Source: Candidatus Fermentibacterota bacterium (GTDB lineage Bacteria > JAFGKV01). Taken from it: a stretch of DNA of 56,865 nt. The notes below the pieces were generated by a model, which searched no databases, had not been told where the DNA came from, and worked only from the letters and a program-made list of their open reading frames with translations. Below, piece by piece: positions 44,128-53,545 of this stretch. Within the stretch, counting starts at the first letter, position 1, and each line of letters opens with the position of its first letter. Both the position numbers and the translations under genes were made by a program. Location: NCBI GenBank assembly GCA_030620115.1, contig JAUXFG010000003.1, positions 1-56,865 on the forward strand, written 5' to 3'.

Positions 44128-46954
44128 CGAATTCGAACTCGCCCACTGTGTTGGATGGCACGGAGCTCTGCCCCAGATTGTCCATGATCACGATGCGGTA
44201 GAACGAATGCTCTCCCGGATCGCCCATGCTGCTCTCCCAATCCCAGTACTCGCTCTCCCCGAAGATCCAGTCAATCACCGTGCCTTCCCGCGGCTCGAAG
44301 TGAGCCTCGGCGTTTCGATGGATGAACGTCCTGATCGATGGCTCGGGGTTCCCGCTCGTGTCTTCACTGACCGCCGTCCACTGCAGCAGCGCCAGATCGC
44401 TCACCGCTGCCACCGCAAGGTCAGTCACCGGCTTCGGCGGTGCGTCATGGGCAGACAACTCCACCTGATACGGGCCTCCTCCCGTGTGCCAGACCGGGTC
44501 GTCAGGCCCAAGACACTGGGCCGTGAACCCGTTGATGGTGAATCGCAGCGTGTCGTCTTCATCTGCTCCCTCGTCCACCCCCGGCGTCGCCGGATCATCG
44601 CCGTAGGCGATCAGCGGCCCGTAGCACCCCGACGTGGCCACCTCCCATACCCCGCACAGCACTCCATCCGGATCCCACGCCTCTACCACGTCTCCCTCTG
44701 CCAGCGCCCTGGCTTGGAAGGTGCTCGAGCTGCCATGGAACGTGCACACCAGCGATGACCCCACCGGCGTGCCATGGGATGTCAACACGATGGTGCCCAC
44801 GTCCGATGGGCACGCCACGCCCGGCACCATGGCCGGATAGTAGCCCGCAGCCCAGGCACGAAGGATGTATGTGCCCTCGGCTATCCCCAGCAGGAACCAC
44901 CCACTCGCGTCGCTGGAGACGCTCTCGCCGGGAGGATCGGTTCCCACCATGGCGCTCTCAAGCCAGCCTTCCTCGTCCGCGATCCTGCCCGCGATGCACT
45001 CGATGGCTTCCAGCATCGTCTTCACCTTCAACTCAACGAGAAGACCGCATCCGTCACCCCCGTCACTTACCGTGAGCAGCCCTTCCCGGATCTCGTTCAA
45101 AGGCCATCCTACCCCATCGAGCCACAGCTGCAGATCGACGCTCCCGCCAGGGCCGATGTTCCCCGAGCTGGGGTCTGCCCATGCCCATGCCACGTCGCTG
45201 ACCACCGAGTAACTCCGCGACGCCGAACCATCCGTGTTCTGCAGCGTCACCGGCGTGGACATCGCGACTCCGGGCATCACGTCTCGCACGATGCGCTCCT
45301 CCGGCACCCACAGCCACCGGGCGATGCCGTGGTGGTTGCTGATCTCGCACACCTCGGCCTGATGGTCAGACCCGTTGGCGTACCACGATTCGAGCACATT
45401 CAAGAATGTCACCGGCGCCCCCGTCATCACCGCGTTCCAGATCTCCATGATCGAGCTGGACAAACCGTCCTGATACTCATCCGCATGCTGCGTGCAGGCA
45501 TTCTCGTAGGTCTCGTTCAGCCCATCGAACATGTCCCACAGGCATCCCACCACGCTCGCCTCGTTGTAGAGGCCATGGGTGAGGCTTCCGCCGGGATGCA
45601 CGATGGTTCCCTTTCCAAAGTGCCAGGGATTCTCGATCTCGTACCACGCCGTCTCGGTGCCTCCCAGCCCGTCCAGGGCTTTCAGCTTGTACCCTTCGTG
45701 CCATGCTGGAATCCCCAAGACATGATTGACATAGCACTGGTAGAAATGCGCCCACCCTTCGCTGAGGGCCAGCCCAGGCTTCTGAGGGTACGATATGGAC
45801 CATTGGTGCCCTCCTCCACCCGGCGGCGGTGTTCCGTACACGTGGAACAAGAAGTGCCCGAACTCGTGGAAGAGCGTGTCGTCGTTCCACTCGTCAGGGT
45901 AGTTGCCGGCCCCGTTCAAGACGATGGACCTGCTGGAGGGCTGGTATCGAGTCACCGTCTCCTCCCCCGCCTTCCAATACGCCCTGAGGCTGATGTCGCT
46001 CGTCGGCGCCGTCGCCGGGATCCGCTGCCACGCCTCCACCAAACGGTCGAAAATGTTCAGAGGCTCGTCACCACCGGGAACCGGGAAGCAGGAACCGAGA
46101 TCAACAGCACCGTAGTTGGCATACTGATACGCACTGTAGATCGTGTACGTCAGGCTGTCGACGACATCGATAACGTAGATCTGCGGCCACGGGTACCCCG
46201 GGAACCGGCCATAGAGCAACACGGATGGCCGGACGTATAGTTCCTCATCGGGGAAGTCCTCGTTACCAAAAAAGAAGAACCCGTCTTCCCCCAGAATATA
46301 AGGACCACGAAGCATGAATCCCCATTCACTCCAGAAATCGATGTATGCATATCCCCGGCGCACCGGTTCGTCCGTGGTGGTCGGCGACAGCCCATCGTAC
46401 TGTGTCACCGCATGGTCATGGTATTTCGAGTAGCCATGGAACGACCACGTGTACAGCCGCGTATCCGGCGGCGTCTCCGCCTCGCTCGTTTCCTCCCCCT
46501 TCAGCTGATCCAGCCACTTCCGCCACCACGGCCGCTCGAACTTCTTCCGCCACGGCGGCAACGTCTCGTCCCGTATCCGGGGCCCCATCTTCTGCGCGTC
46601 CGCATCGTCCGGATGCGCCTTGATCACCTCGTCCCCCCTCTCCCACGCTTCCTCCCACGTGATCTTCCCATCTCGCGCGTCATACAATGCTTGGTACATC
46701 TGACCGATCGGGTTCTTCATGGCCTTCACCACGTGCCGATACGTGTCCAAAAGGATCCCCCGTTCCGCCTGTCCCACCGCCCACTCAGCGGCCCGCTGCG
46801 GCGTGCCGCATCCATACTCCTTGCCCTTGGCCCACACGTGCACCTGATTGCCCACGAACAGCGCCGCGTCTCGGGGAGTGGTCCCCGTCCGCCCCGCCAC
46901 GTAGTCGCACGCCACCGAGAGCTGTCGCCGCGTGGGCTCATCCACCATGGGCAT
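44051..46954 (-). CDS. large HExxH (gluzincin-like) putative metalloprotease with CarboxypepD_reg-like and FN3-like C-terminal domains
   Basis: LFHEFGHFLFH followed 30 residues after the second His by LSEGWAHF (candidate third ligand Glu). GWFLLGIAEGTYILRAWAAGYYP (carboxypeptidase-regulatory-like). PKPVTDLAVAAV..LLQWTAV...FYRIVIMDNLGQSS (FN3-like). No N-terminal hydrophobic segment. GC-rich. Confidence 0.75.
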   Translation of the reverse strand: MPMVDEPTRRQLSVACDYVAGRTGTTPRDAALFVGNQVHVWAKGKEYGCGTPQRAAEWAVGQAERGILLDTYRHVVKAMKNPIGQMYQALYDARDGKITWEEAWERGDEVIKAHPDDADAQKMGPRIRDETLPPWRKKFERPWWRKWLDQLKGEETSEAETPPDTRLYTWSFHGYSKYHDHAVTQYDGLSPTTTDEPVRRGYAYIDFWSEWGFMLRGPYILGEDGFFFFGNEDFPDEELYVRPSVLLYGRFPGYPWPQIYVIDVVDSLTYTIYSAYQYANYGAVDLGSCFPVPGGDEPLNIFDRLVEAWQRIPATAPTSDISLRAYWKAGEETVTRYQPSSRSIVLNGAGNYPDEWNDDTLFHEFGHFLFHVYGTPPPGGGGHQWSISYPQKPGLALSEGWAHFYQCYVNHVLGIPAWHEGYKLKALDGLGGTETAWYEIENPWHFGKGTIVHPGGSLTHGLYNEASVVGCLWDMFDGLNETYENACTQHADEYQDGLSSSIMEIWNAVMTGAPVTFLNVLESWYANGSDHQAEVCEISNHHGIARWLWVPEERIVRDVMPGVAMSTPVTLQNTDGSASRSYSVVSDVAWAWADPSSGNIGPGGSVDLQLWLDGVGWPLNEIREGLLTVSDGGDGCGLLVELKVKTMLEAIECIAGRIADEEGWLESAMVGTDPPGESVSSDASGWFLLGIAEGTYILRAWAAGYYPAMVPGVACPSDVGTIVLTSHGTPVGSSLVCTFHGSSSTFQARALAEGDVVEAWDPDGVLCGVWEVATSGCYGPLIAYGDDPATPGVDEGADEDDTLRFTINGFTAQCLGPDDPVWHTGGGPYQVELSAHDAPPKPVTDLAVAAVSDLALLQWTAVSEDTSGNPEPSIRTFIHRNAEAHFEPREGTVIDWIFGESEYWDWESSMGDPGEHSFYRIVIMDNLGQSSVPSNTVGEFEFGYLQSRPNTTAQDRNTESRREIPEP

Positions 46955-47624
46955 CCGAGGCCCTCACTGTGCCCTCCCTCGCCCCGGCCAGCCGATCCTT
47001 GATCGCCTGCTCGAGGCCCTGGTAGATCGGGCGGAGCTCATCCCCGCTGAGCAACTCGGAAGGGTTCAGTGGGTTGCACGCGAGGTTCAGGGCACCTCTG
47101 CCCGCATACCACCAGTAGTCCTTCGGCGCCGACGCGAAGCGCCGCGGATCCATGACCGGCACGCCTCCCACGACGTAGTGCAGGAACACGGAAACTCCCG
47201 CGTTCAGATGCCCGGTCTTGCTCCGCAGCACTGCGGTGGCATCCAGGGTGTCGTTCGGCCCGATGTAGGTTTCCACCATCTCGTCGCTCAGCAGCTCGGT
47301 CGACAGGCCGGGATTCCAGAAGACCCGTGCCTTCACCCGCGCGGGGGGGACAGGGATACGCCAGCCCACCGGGAGCTGGATCCGGACAGAGGGAGGAAGG
47401 TCAGGCGAGGGAAACCATGCCCGTGTGCGCACGGTCACCGGCTGCCCCGTCACCGCGGGCCCTACCGGCACCACCTTGACCCAGTCCGTGAACTCCCATG
47501 GGCCTCCGAACTCTTGATCCCCGTGATCCGACCTCCACTTCCGCCAGTAGTCGCTCTGGGCGTCAGCCGACGCCAACCCGACCACTGCAACAAGAATGAC
47601 TCCTATCACCACATGCCATCTCAT
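46938..47624 (-). CDS. hypothetical secreted protein, coupled to the HExxH protein
   Basis: ATG 47624 lies 5 nt after AAGGAGGTG. Signal MRWHVVIGVILVAVVGLASADA. 17-nt overlap with the downstream ORF. No family recognised. Confidence 0.6.
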   Translation of the reverse strand: MRWHVVIGVILVAVVGLASADAQSDYWRKWRSDHGDQEFGGPWEFTDWVKVVPVGPAVTGQPVTVRTRAWFPSPDLPPSVRIQLPVGWRIPVPPARVKARVFWNPGLSTELLSDEMVETYIGPNDTLDATAVLRSKTGHLNAGVSVFLHYVVGGVPVMDPRRFASAPKDYWWYAGRGALNLACNPLNPSELLSGDELRPIYQGLEQAIKDRLAGAREGTVRASDAHGG

Positions 47625-47780
47625 CGTGTCACCTCCTTGTAATGGATACAAATTCCCATTCTCTCACCCTGACCAAATCTACGCGCAGGTCGTATAGGCC
47701 GCAACTCCTGCGAAAACCGCCCCCCACGGACAACTCCTGGGTCGCACTACCTCGTCGGGGAGGGAAAGTGGCTTTGCCAA

Positions 47781-47943
47781 ATATGCGGGTTAGCTGCGAG
47801 GCGATGCTGGATGCTGGTTGCTTGATGCTGGAAGGAGAACGGAACGACTCCGGGTCCCATCCAGTATCCAGTGACCAGTATCGCTGCGCCTCAATCAATG
47901 CGCCACCGCATCATCACTCGTCGGTTTGAGGCGCAGCTTCGCT
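47781..47943 (-). repeat. M1 element, copy D (hairpin + 4 heptamer units, 35-mer missing)
   Basis: GGGTTAGCTGCGAGGCG, then ATGCTGG ATGCTGG TTGCTTG ATGCTGG (47804-47831), then a core and hairpin identical to copies A and B. Confidence 0.85.
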
Positions 47944-47994
47944 AGTGAATCCATAGATTTACTAGCGATTTATCAGGTGACGATTCTTGTGCTC

Positions 47995-48175
47995 AGGGTT
48001 CGCGCAGAAATACCTTCACATCTTGACATCCCATCCTTACCCCAATCTAGAACGCGGATCTCTCGCCAATCTTCTACTTTCCCTCTTTGGAATGCGGTAG
48101 CCCCGCGTACTGCGCGGGGCTACCGCTTTTCCCGAGCAAGCCATGCTTGTGTAGTCCCGCGTACTGCGCGGGATT
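47995..48175 (+). mobile_element. M2 element, copy E4 (5' half), with REP-like hairpins
   Basis: AGGGTTCGCGCAGAAATACCTTCACATCTTGACATCCCAT..., then a 14-bp hairpin GCGGTAGCCCCGCG/CGCGGGGCTACCGC (48094-48126) followed by TTTT. A second hairpin, TCCCGCG-TACT-GCGCGGGA, follows. Confidence 0.7.
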
Positions 48176-48864
48176 GCTCATCGAACAGTCTGTAATGTGG
48201 ACTTATTCTTGCGCGAGTCCTTACGCAATACAGCCCACAACACACAATGGTCAACCCACGAGCCACTGCCCATCGACACGTTGCAGCGTTTTGCATCGTG
48301 GCCGACGCCTGGCACAAAATGTTACAGGAGATGTCACGGAATGCGATAGGCATAGTCGCCGGAGGGTTCGAAAAGGCTACTCCTTCTTTGTAGTGGGCCA
48401 CCATTTCTGGCCCCCATGGTCGGATAGATGAGATCCGGAAGGCTGTGGACTGATTGTCAAGATTGGGCGCGTGCGTCCAGAGCAGGACTGCTTGATTTGA
48501 TAGGCACGCCAACGACTTAGCGGCATTCATTCCAAGATCCCCTCCATTCGCTTAGCGGCCTCACAGTATCGCCACATCATCAGATGAGCCCCATTCTATA
48601 GTGATCGACAGGGTGTTGGGCCAAGAACGCCTTGCACTTTGGCATGGATAATGCGATCTTCGTATGGTGTGCCGCGTGGAGCTATCGCTCAGCAGGTTGG
48701 GATTCTGCGATTTTCAATTGCCAGTCCCCTGGCCACCATTATCAGCAGAACGGCCTTCACGAGCACAGCGGCATGATTGGAATCAGATGCGTGGAAAAGA
48801 CATCTGTTGGAATGACCCTTGATCGCGGAATCGCAAACTCTCGAGAAATGGAGGAGGAGAAGAA

Positions 48865-50217
48865 ATGGCAAAGGGAATGCTCTTGTTGACAGTCGCCATA
48901 TTGGTACTCTGTCTTTCTGCACAGTCATCTCTCGCTGATCCCGGTGAGGAAGATAAACGCTTCTGGATAGGGGGAGAGCTCACCACCAAAGGATTCTCGC
49001 TGGAGAACTACAAAGGATCGGGAGTCACTGATCAATTCGTGCTGAGCCGTGCCATGATCTCCGCCGGGGCTAAGGCCACTGATCGTGTTTCGGTCGGGCT
49101 GCTCGTTGCAAAAACGCGGCTTTGGGGTAAGAGCGCCACTCTTTTTCAGCAGGGAGAACCAGGTGCGTCGGAGTTCTTAACAGGAGGCCATGGCTTTCTG
49201 GACAACTTCGGAGTATACAATGCCTACCTGGAGGTCAACGATGCAGTCTGGGGGTTAGACCTCACATTAGGAAGGCAGTTTGCCGGTGAGTGCGAAGATG
49301 CCTTCTTCTTCTACGGACCTCAGTATGGCCGCTTCTTAGGGATCACGTCCTTGGATGCGGCGAGGGCCGACTGGACCTGGGGGGCGGTAGGAATGACGGC
49401 TTTGGCCGGAAAAAAGGCAGAGACCGGTGCTGGAGACGGATCGGGTTGCGATCCGGAGTACCCGGACTCTGTTGTCTACATCGAAGACCAGGATGTGAAC
49501 ATATACGGACTCATGGCAAAGAGCACTACGCTTGTCGCAGGACAGACCTTTGATCTGGATCTCTACAGCCGCCGCAGAGGTCTCTCCGAGTCCGGCAAAA
49601 CTGATAATCTGGTGCTCTTGGTCCTCAGATCCAGAGGTGAGATTCCCGTGTTCAGCGGGTTGGAATATGACGCAATACTGGCACTGAATGGAGGGAAAAA
49701 CGAGGAGGCGGACCAGACCTACAACGGCTGGTTGGGCCGAGGAATAGGCTACTACAATGCTGATGTGCCATCCATTGGCGGTATGAGGCTTGAGGCAGGT
49801 TATGTCTATGTGAGTGGTGACAAATCCTCGACATCGGACAAGGATGAGCACTTCGCGAGGATGAGCAGAGACTGTTTCTACAGTATGGCGGTAATCGTCT
49901 ATGAGATACTTAACGACAGTGCCCCCGAAGCCGTGAGCAACGTGACCATCCCTTGGGTGGGGCTGGAAATCGTTCCCGATGTCTTTGGCGGGAAGTGGAG
50001 CCTCAGGGCAATCGGCTGTGACCTGGATACTGCGGAGCCTATCGCCGGTCTTGACGGCAAAGGAAAGGAGATCGACATCGGTCTTAAGTACGCTCCGAGT
50101 GACGACCTCTTCTTGAGCATAATGTGCGCTCAGTTCACGCCCCGGGGGATTCTGGAAGCGAATTGGGGCTCAGACCCCATTAAGCAGGTTAGCGGAGAAT
50201 TGACGGTGAAGTTCTGA
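48865..50217 (+). CDS. putative outer-membrane porin-like beta-barrel protein
   Basis: GGAGGAGGAG SD. Signal LLLTVAILVLCLSAQSSLA. Beta-strand-rich. C-terminal ...GELTVKF (terminal Phe, typical of OMPs). Confidence 0.6.
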   Translation: MAKGMLLLTVAILVLCLSAQSSLADPGEEDKRFWIGGELTTKGFSLENYKGSGVTDQFVLSRAMISAGAKATDRVSVGLLVAKTRLWGKSATLFQQGEPGASEFLTGGHGFLDNFGVYNAYLEVNDAVWGLDLTLGRQFAGECEDAFFFYGPQYGRFLGITSLDAARADWTWGAVGMTALAGKKAETGAGDGSGCDPEYPDSVVYIEDQDVNIYGLMAKSTTLVAGQTFDLDLYSRRRGLSESGKTDNLVLLVLRSRGEIPVFSGLEYDAILALNGGKNEEADQTYNGWLGRGIGYYNADVPSIGGMRLEAGYVYVSGDKSSTSDKDEHFARMSRDCFYSMAVIVYEILNDSAPEAVSNVTIPWVGLEIVPDVFGGKWSLRAIGCDLDTAEPIAGLDGKGKEIDIGLKYAPSDDLFLSIMCAQFTPRGILEANWGSDPIKQVSGELTVKF

Positions 50218-50302
50218 GAGGGGAGAGCTTGGGGGCGTGTATTGCCTGAGCCCTCTCAGAAGCTCGCTGACAGCAGACCAGAAACGGAAATGAAGGGGGA
50301 CG

Positions 50303-51337
50303 ATGATGCGTATGCCGCGCAGCGCTATGTGGGGTGTTATTTCCGCCACAATGAGTTTCCTCGTTCCTTTGAATTGTATAGCCGCGATCGCCTTTTCTCA
50401 GCCTCCCTCCAAAGTCTACAAGGTGGGAGTGCTTATGCTTCCTGCCCCTTACGCGATAGAGATGGAGATGGGATTCAAGAACGGGCTGGAGACATATGGC
50501 TATATCGATGGCCGGAACCTCGAGTATATCAAAAGAGTGGTTGGTCCGGAACAAAGCGACTATGGGAAAAATCAAGAGGTTGCCAGAGAATTGATTAGTG
50601 AGGGAGTGGATCTGATAGCCACCATCGGAACCGGCGCCAGTACCCCAGTTTGGCAGGTAGTCAAGAATACGGATATGCCTATGGTGTTTGCAGGAGTCAC
50701 CTATCCCATCGAGGGGGGACTAATAGAAGCGTTTGACAAACCTACAGGCGTCAATATCACCGGCATAAGCTACGGCGTCCCGCCGGAGACCAGGTTGAAG
50801 CTTTTCAGGAAGATGTTTCCCGATGAGGAAAGATTCAGAAGGCTTGGATTTATCTATTCAGGGGTAATGGAGCAAGAAATCCATTATGTGGAGGATTTGA
50901 CCAGCCTCGGCGAGAATCACGGCTTCCAGCTGAAATACATTGACTTTTTTGATCCATCCATTGGGGCGCCTGATTTCTCTATCCTTGAGGCGAATGTGGA
51001 TAGCCTGGACCTCATTTTCGGATGGTATACTCTGGACAGGATTTGTGCCGATTCCACGCTTTTTGGGAGGTTGACCTCCTTCCCGTTGCCCATACTAGGC
51101 ATCACGAGCCAGTTCACCGACAGAGGGGCCATCGGGGGAGTGTTGACCGATCATTTCGGCTTGGGGGCTCAACACGCGAAGATGGTGGCAAAAATCTTGG
51201 CAGGAGAGTTCCCCGGGGAAATACCTCCTCGACAGCCCACCACATATCTGATAGAAATCAACCTAAGAAGAGCGCGAGAGCTCAAGATAGAGATACCGTT
51301 GGAAGTAATCGGGGCCGCCAGCCGGATTGTGCACTAG
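50303..51337 (+). CDS. ABC-transporter-type periplasmic substrate-binding protein (PF04392/COG2984-like)
   Basis: YKVGVLM ... GFKNGLETYGYIDGRNLEY ... DLIATIGTGAS ... PMVFAGVTYPIEGGLI ... NITGIS. Confidence 0.8.
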   Translation: MMRMPRSAMWGVISATMSFLVPLNCIAAIAFSQPPSKVYKVGVLMLPAPYAIEMEMGFKNGLETYGYIDGRNLEYIKRVVGPEQSDYGKNQEVARELISEGVDLIATIGTGASTPVWQVVKNTDMPMVFAGVTYPIEGGLIEAFDKPTGVNITGISYGVPPETRLKLFRKMFPDEERFRRLGFIYSGVMEQEIHYVEDLTSLGENHGFQLKYIDFFDPSIGAPDFSILEANVDSLDLIFGWYTLDRICADSTLFGRLTSFPLPILGITSQFTDRGAIGGVLTDHFGLGAQHAKMVAKILAGEFPGEIPPRQPTTYLIEINLRRARELKIEIPLEVIGAASRIVH

Positions 51338-51404
51338 CCTCGCATGTGCAAGCACGCGCAGCTCGTGGTGAAATATCCGGGATAGCTGCTGGAGGGCAGG
51401 AGAA

Positions 51405-53297
51405 GTGCCGAAGCCTGCGACGTTCCTATCGACATTTCCCGGAGCAATCAGAGGGAAGCTCTTCGGGAGCATACGAACCAAACTAGCCCTGGTGACCATA
51501 GTCATTTTTACAGTCCCCATGACGGTGGGGATTCTCCGTTCACTGAAACTGCTCGGGAATTTTGCCGAGGAACAGGCCTATGAAAAGGTTCGTAGCGATC
51601 TGATTACCTTGAATACGGTCTATGAGAACAGGAAAGGACAGTTGGGTTCCTTTGTTCGGTCGATCTCCGCCGACAATGCCGTCAGGATAACGGCGAGCCT
51701 GGGAAGAGGCTCTCTTCTGGGGGAACAGCTTGCAAGGCATCTGTCCAATTCCCTCAAAGGGGGCATGGTTGATATCCTTACTGTTGTTGATCACCAGGGA
51801 AGAGTCTTGGCTCGGGGGACCAACCCCGAATCAAGAGATGACGATCTGTCGGGAAACGAGCTGGTTGTAAGGGGGCTGGCTGGTGAGGAAGTGGTCGCAA
51901 TTCTGCTGGTCTGTGCGGAGGAAGTAGAGAAAGAAGGATTGACAGAGAGGACTCTTCATGGGTCTGAAGGTCGCGGCGCGGAAGTCATGATTCAGGCAGT
52001 CTGTCCTATCCTTGATGAGGGAGAGGTTGTTGGGGTAAGCCTCGCAGGCTTTCTGGTTGCCAAGAACAGACTGTTGGCAGAGCAGTTGAGCGCCCAGGCG
52101 CACATCAAGTTTGCGATTCTGGCAGAGGATAGAATCACTCTGACGAATATCACTGACAGAGAGAACAATACAATACTCGGAGAGAACGTGGAGATCTCTA
52201 TAGATGAGAATAGAAGCGATCAAATGGGACAATATTGTTCTGGCTGGACATCGATCAGAGGCGAGGAGTACATCTGCTTCTTCTCGCCACTCCGAGATGC
52301 CGGCGGTGGGGATGTTGGTCGGCTGGTAGCCGTGAAGGATGTCCATGCAATTGCCGCTATCAAGGAGAAGACCGCCACCGAGATGGTCTTGATCTTTGCC
52401 GCGGGGTTAGGATTGGCCATAGCCTTGGGTGTGTTTCTTCTCGGATATGCCATGACCACGTCTCTCCGGAAACTCGCGAGAAGGGCAGAGCAGATCGCTG
52501 ACGGCGACCTCTCCACTCCTTTGGAGATCAAGTCCAGCGATGAGATTGGCGTCCTGGCCGACTCGTTCGACCGCATGACCAAGCAACTGAAGAAGTCTCG
52601 GGATGAGATCGAGGAGTACAGCAGGACTTTGGAGCAAAAGGTGGGTGACAGAACAAAAGAATTGAAGCAGTCAGAGGAGCAACTTAAAGCATCACTGAAG
52701 GAAAAGGAGGTTCTTCTCAAAGAAGTTCACCACAGAGTAAAGAACAATCTCCAGGTCATCTCCAGTCTGCTCTACCTTCATTCTAAAGACACCACGGACG
52801 ACAACATTATTCAAATGTTCAGGGAAAGCCAAAACCGTGTGAAATCGATAGCGTTCATCCACGAGACATTGTATCAATCTGAAGACTTGGCGAGAATAGA
52901 CTTCGCAGAGTATGTTCGGAAGTTGACGAGGTCTTTGTACCATTCATATGTAGTCAATGCGGATACAATCACACTCGAGTTGGCGATTGATGAGGTTTCA
53001 CTGGGCATAGATACGGCGATCCCGCTTGGATTGATTATCAACGAGCTTGTCTCGAATAGCATAGAACACGCTTTCCCGAATTCGAGGAGAGGCGGAATCC
53101 ATATCAAGCTCTACTCAGGCGGCGAGAACGAAGTCGTCCTTTTTGTTGGTGATGATGGTATCGGGTTGCCCGAGGATTTCGACTTCCGGAATACGGAATC
53201 ACTGGGTTTGCGTTTGGTGAATAGCTTGGTAGATCAGCTTGGCGGTACTATTGATCTTGATAGGAATAATGGAACTGAGTTCACGATTGTGCACTAG
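51405..53297 (+). CDS. sensor histidine kinase (periplasmic sensor, HAMP, HisKA_2, HATPase)
   Basis: Two TM segments flank a ~290-aa sensor domain. HAMP (LRKLARRAEQIADGDLSTPLE...DEIGVLADSFDRM). H-box EVHHRVKNNLQVISSLLYL. LIINELVSNSIEHAF, GDDGIGLP. GTG start after GGAGG. Confidence 0.9.
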   Translation: MPKPATFLSTFPGAIRGKLFGSIRTKLALVTIVIFTVPMTVGILRSLKLLGNFAEEQAYEKVRSDLITLNTVYENRKGQLGSFVRSISADNAVRITASLGRGSLLGEQLARHLSNSLKGGMVDILTVVDHQGRVLARGTNPESRDDDLSGNELVVRGLAGEEVVAILLVCAEEVEKEGLTERTLHGSEGRGAEVMIQAVCPILDEGEVVGVSLAGFLVAKNRLLAEQLSAQAHIKFAILAEDRITLTNITDRENNTILGENVEISIDENRSDQMGQYCSGWTSIRGEEYICFFSPLRDAGGGDVGRLVAVKDVHAIAAIKEKTATEMVLIFAAGLGLAIALGVFLLGYAMTTSLRKLARRAEQIADGDLSTPLEIKSSDEIGVLADSFDRMTKQLKKSRDEIEEYSRTLEQKVGDRTKELKQSEEQLKASLKEKEVLLKEVHHRVKNNLQVISSLLYLHSKDTTDDNIIQMFRESQNRVKSIAFIHETLYQSEDLARIDFAEYVRKLTRSLYHSYVVNADTITLELAIDEVSLGIDTAIPLGLIINELVSNSIEHAFPNSRRGGIHIKLYSGGENEVVLFVGDDGIGLPEDFDFRNTESLGLRLVNSLVDQLGGTIDLDRNNGTEFTIVH

Positions 53298-53545
53298 CCC
53301 GGATTTCTTACCAACTTCCGGCGGAGTGACCGAAGAATCTGGGTGGGATATGGGGAGAATTTCGAATTGCGGGAATGCGGGAATGGCGGTATGTTCGATC
53401 GGAAGGGTTAGGATCTGGCGGTTTCTTTTCTGCGAGAAGCCATTATTCAATCATTTCCTTCCGCGGAATCGAAGCGTGAGTCGGCACGGAAGACGTTGCA
53501 TGCCAAGGAGTTGTAGGAATTCTGATACGCAATAGAGGGGTTAGA

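Noticed and set aside
44774-46240. 488-aa plus-strand ORF, together with 46412-47002 and 46932-47642, opposite the HExxH cassette
   Set aside because: These are Arg/Pro/His-rich, low-complexity translations lying antisense to a well-supported GC-rich gene. They are typical shadow ORFs of high-GC DNA.
43757-47943. Integron-type cassette, with M1 hairpins acting as attC sites
   Set aside because: The hairpin arms (GCCTCAA/TTGAGGC) do not match the RYYYAAC/GTTRRRY core sites. M1-C lacks the hairpin altogether. No intI gene is present, and 3.6 kb with two genes is atypical for a cassette.
48120-48530. 136-aa minus-strand ORF in the 47.9-48.9 kb gap, with a possible SGNH-like DxxH fragment at 48689-48800
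   Set aside because: No convincing motifs are present. The 3' part overlaps M2-E4 hairpins, and the DxxH-like piece would need an N-terminus overlapping the porin gene.
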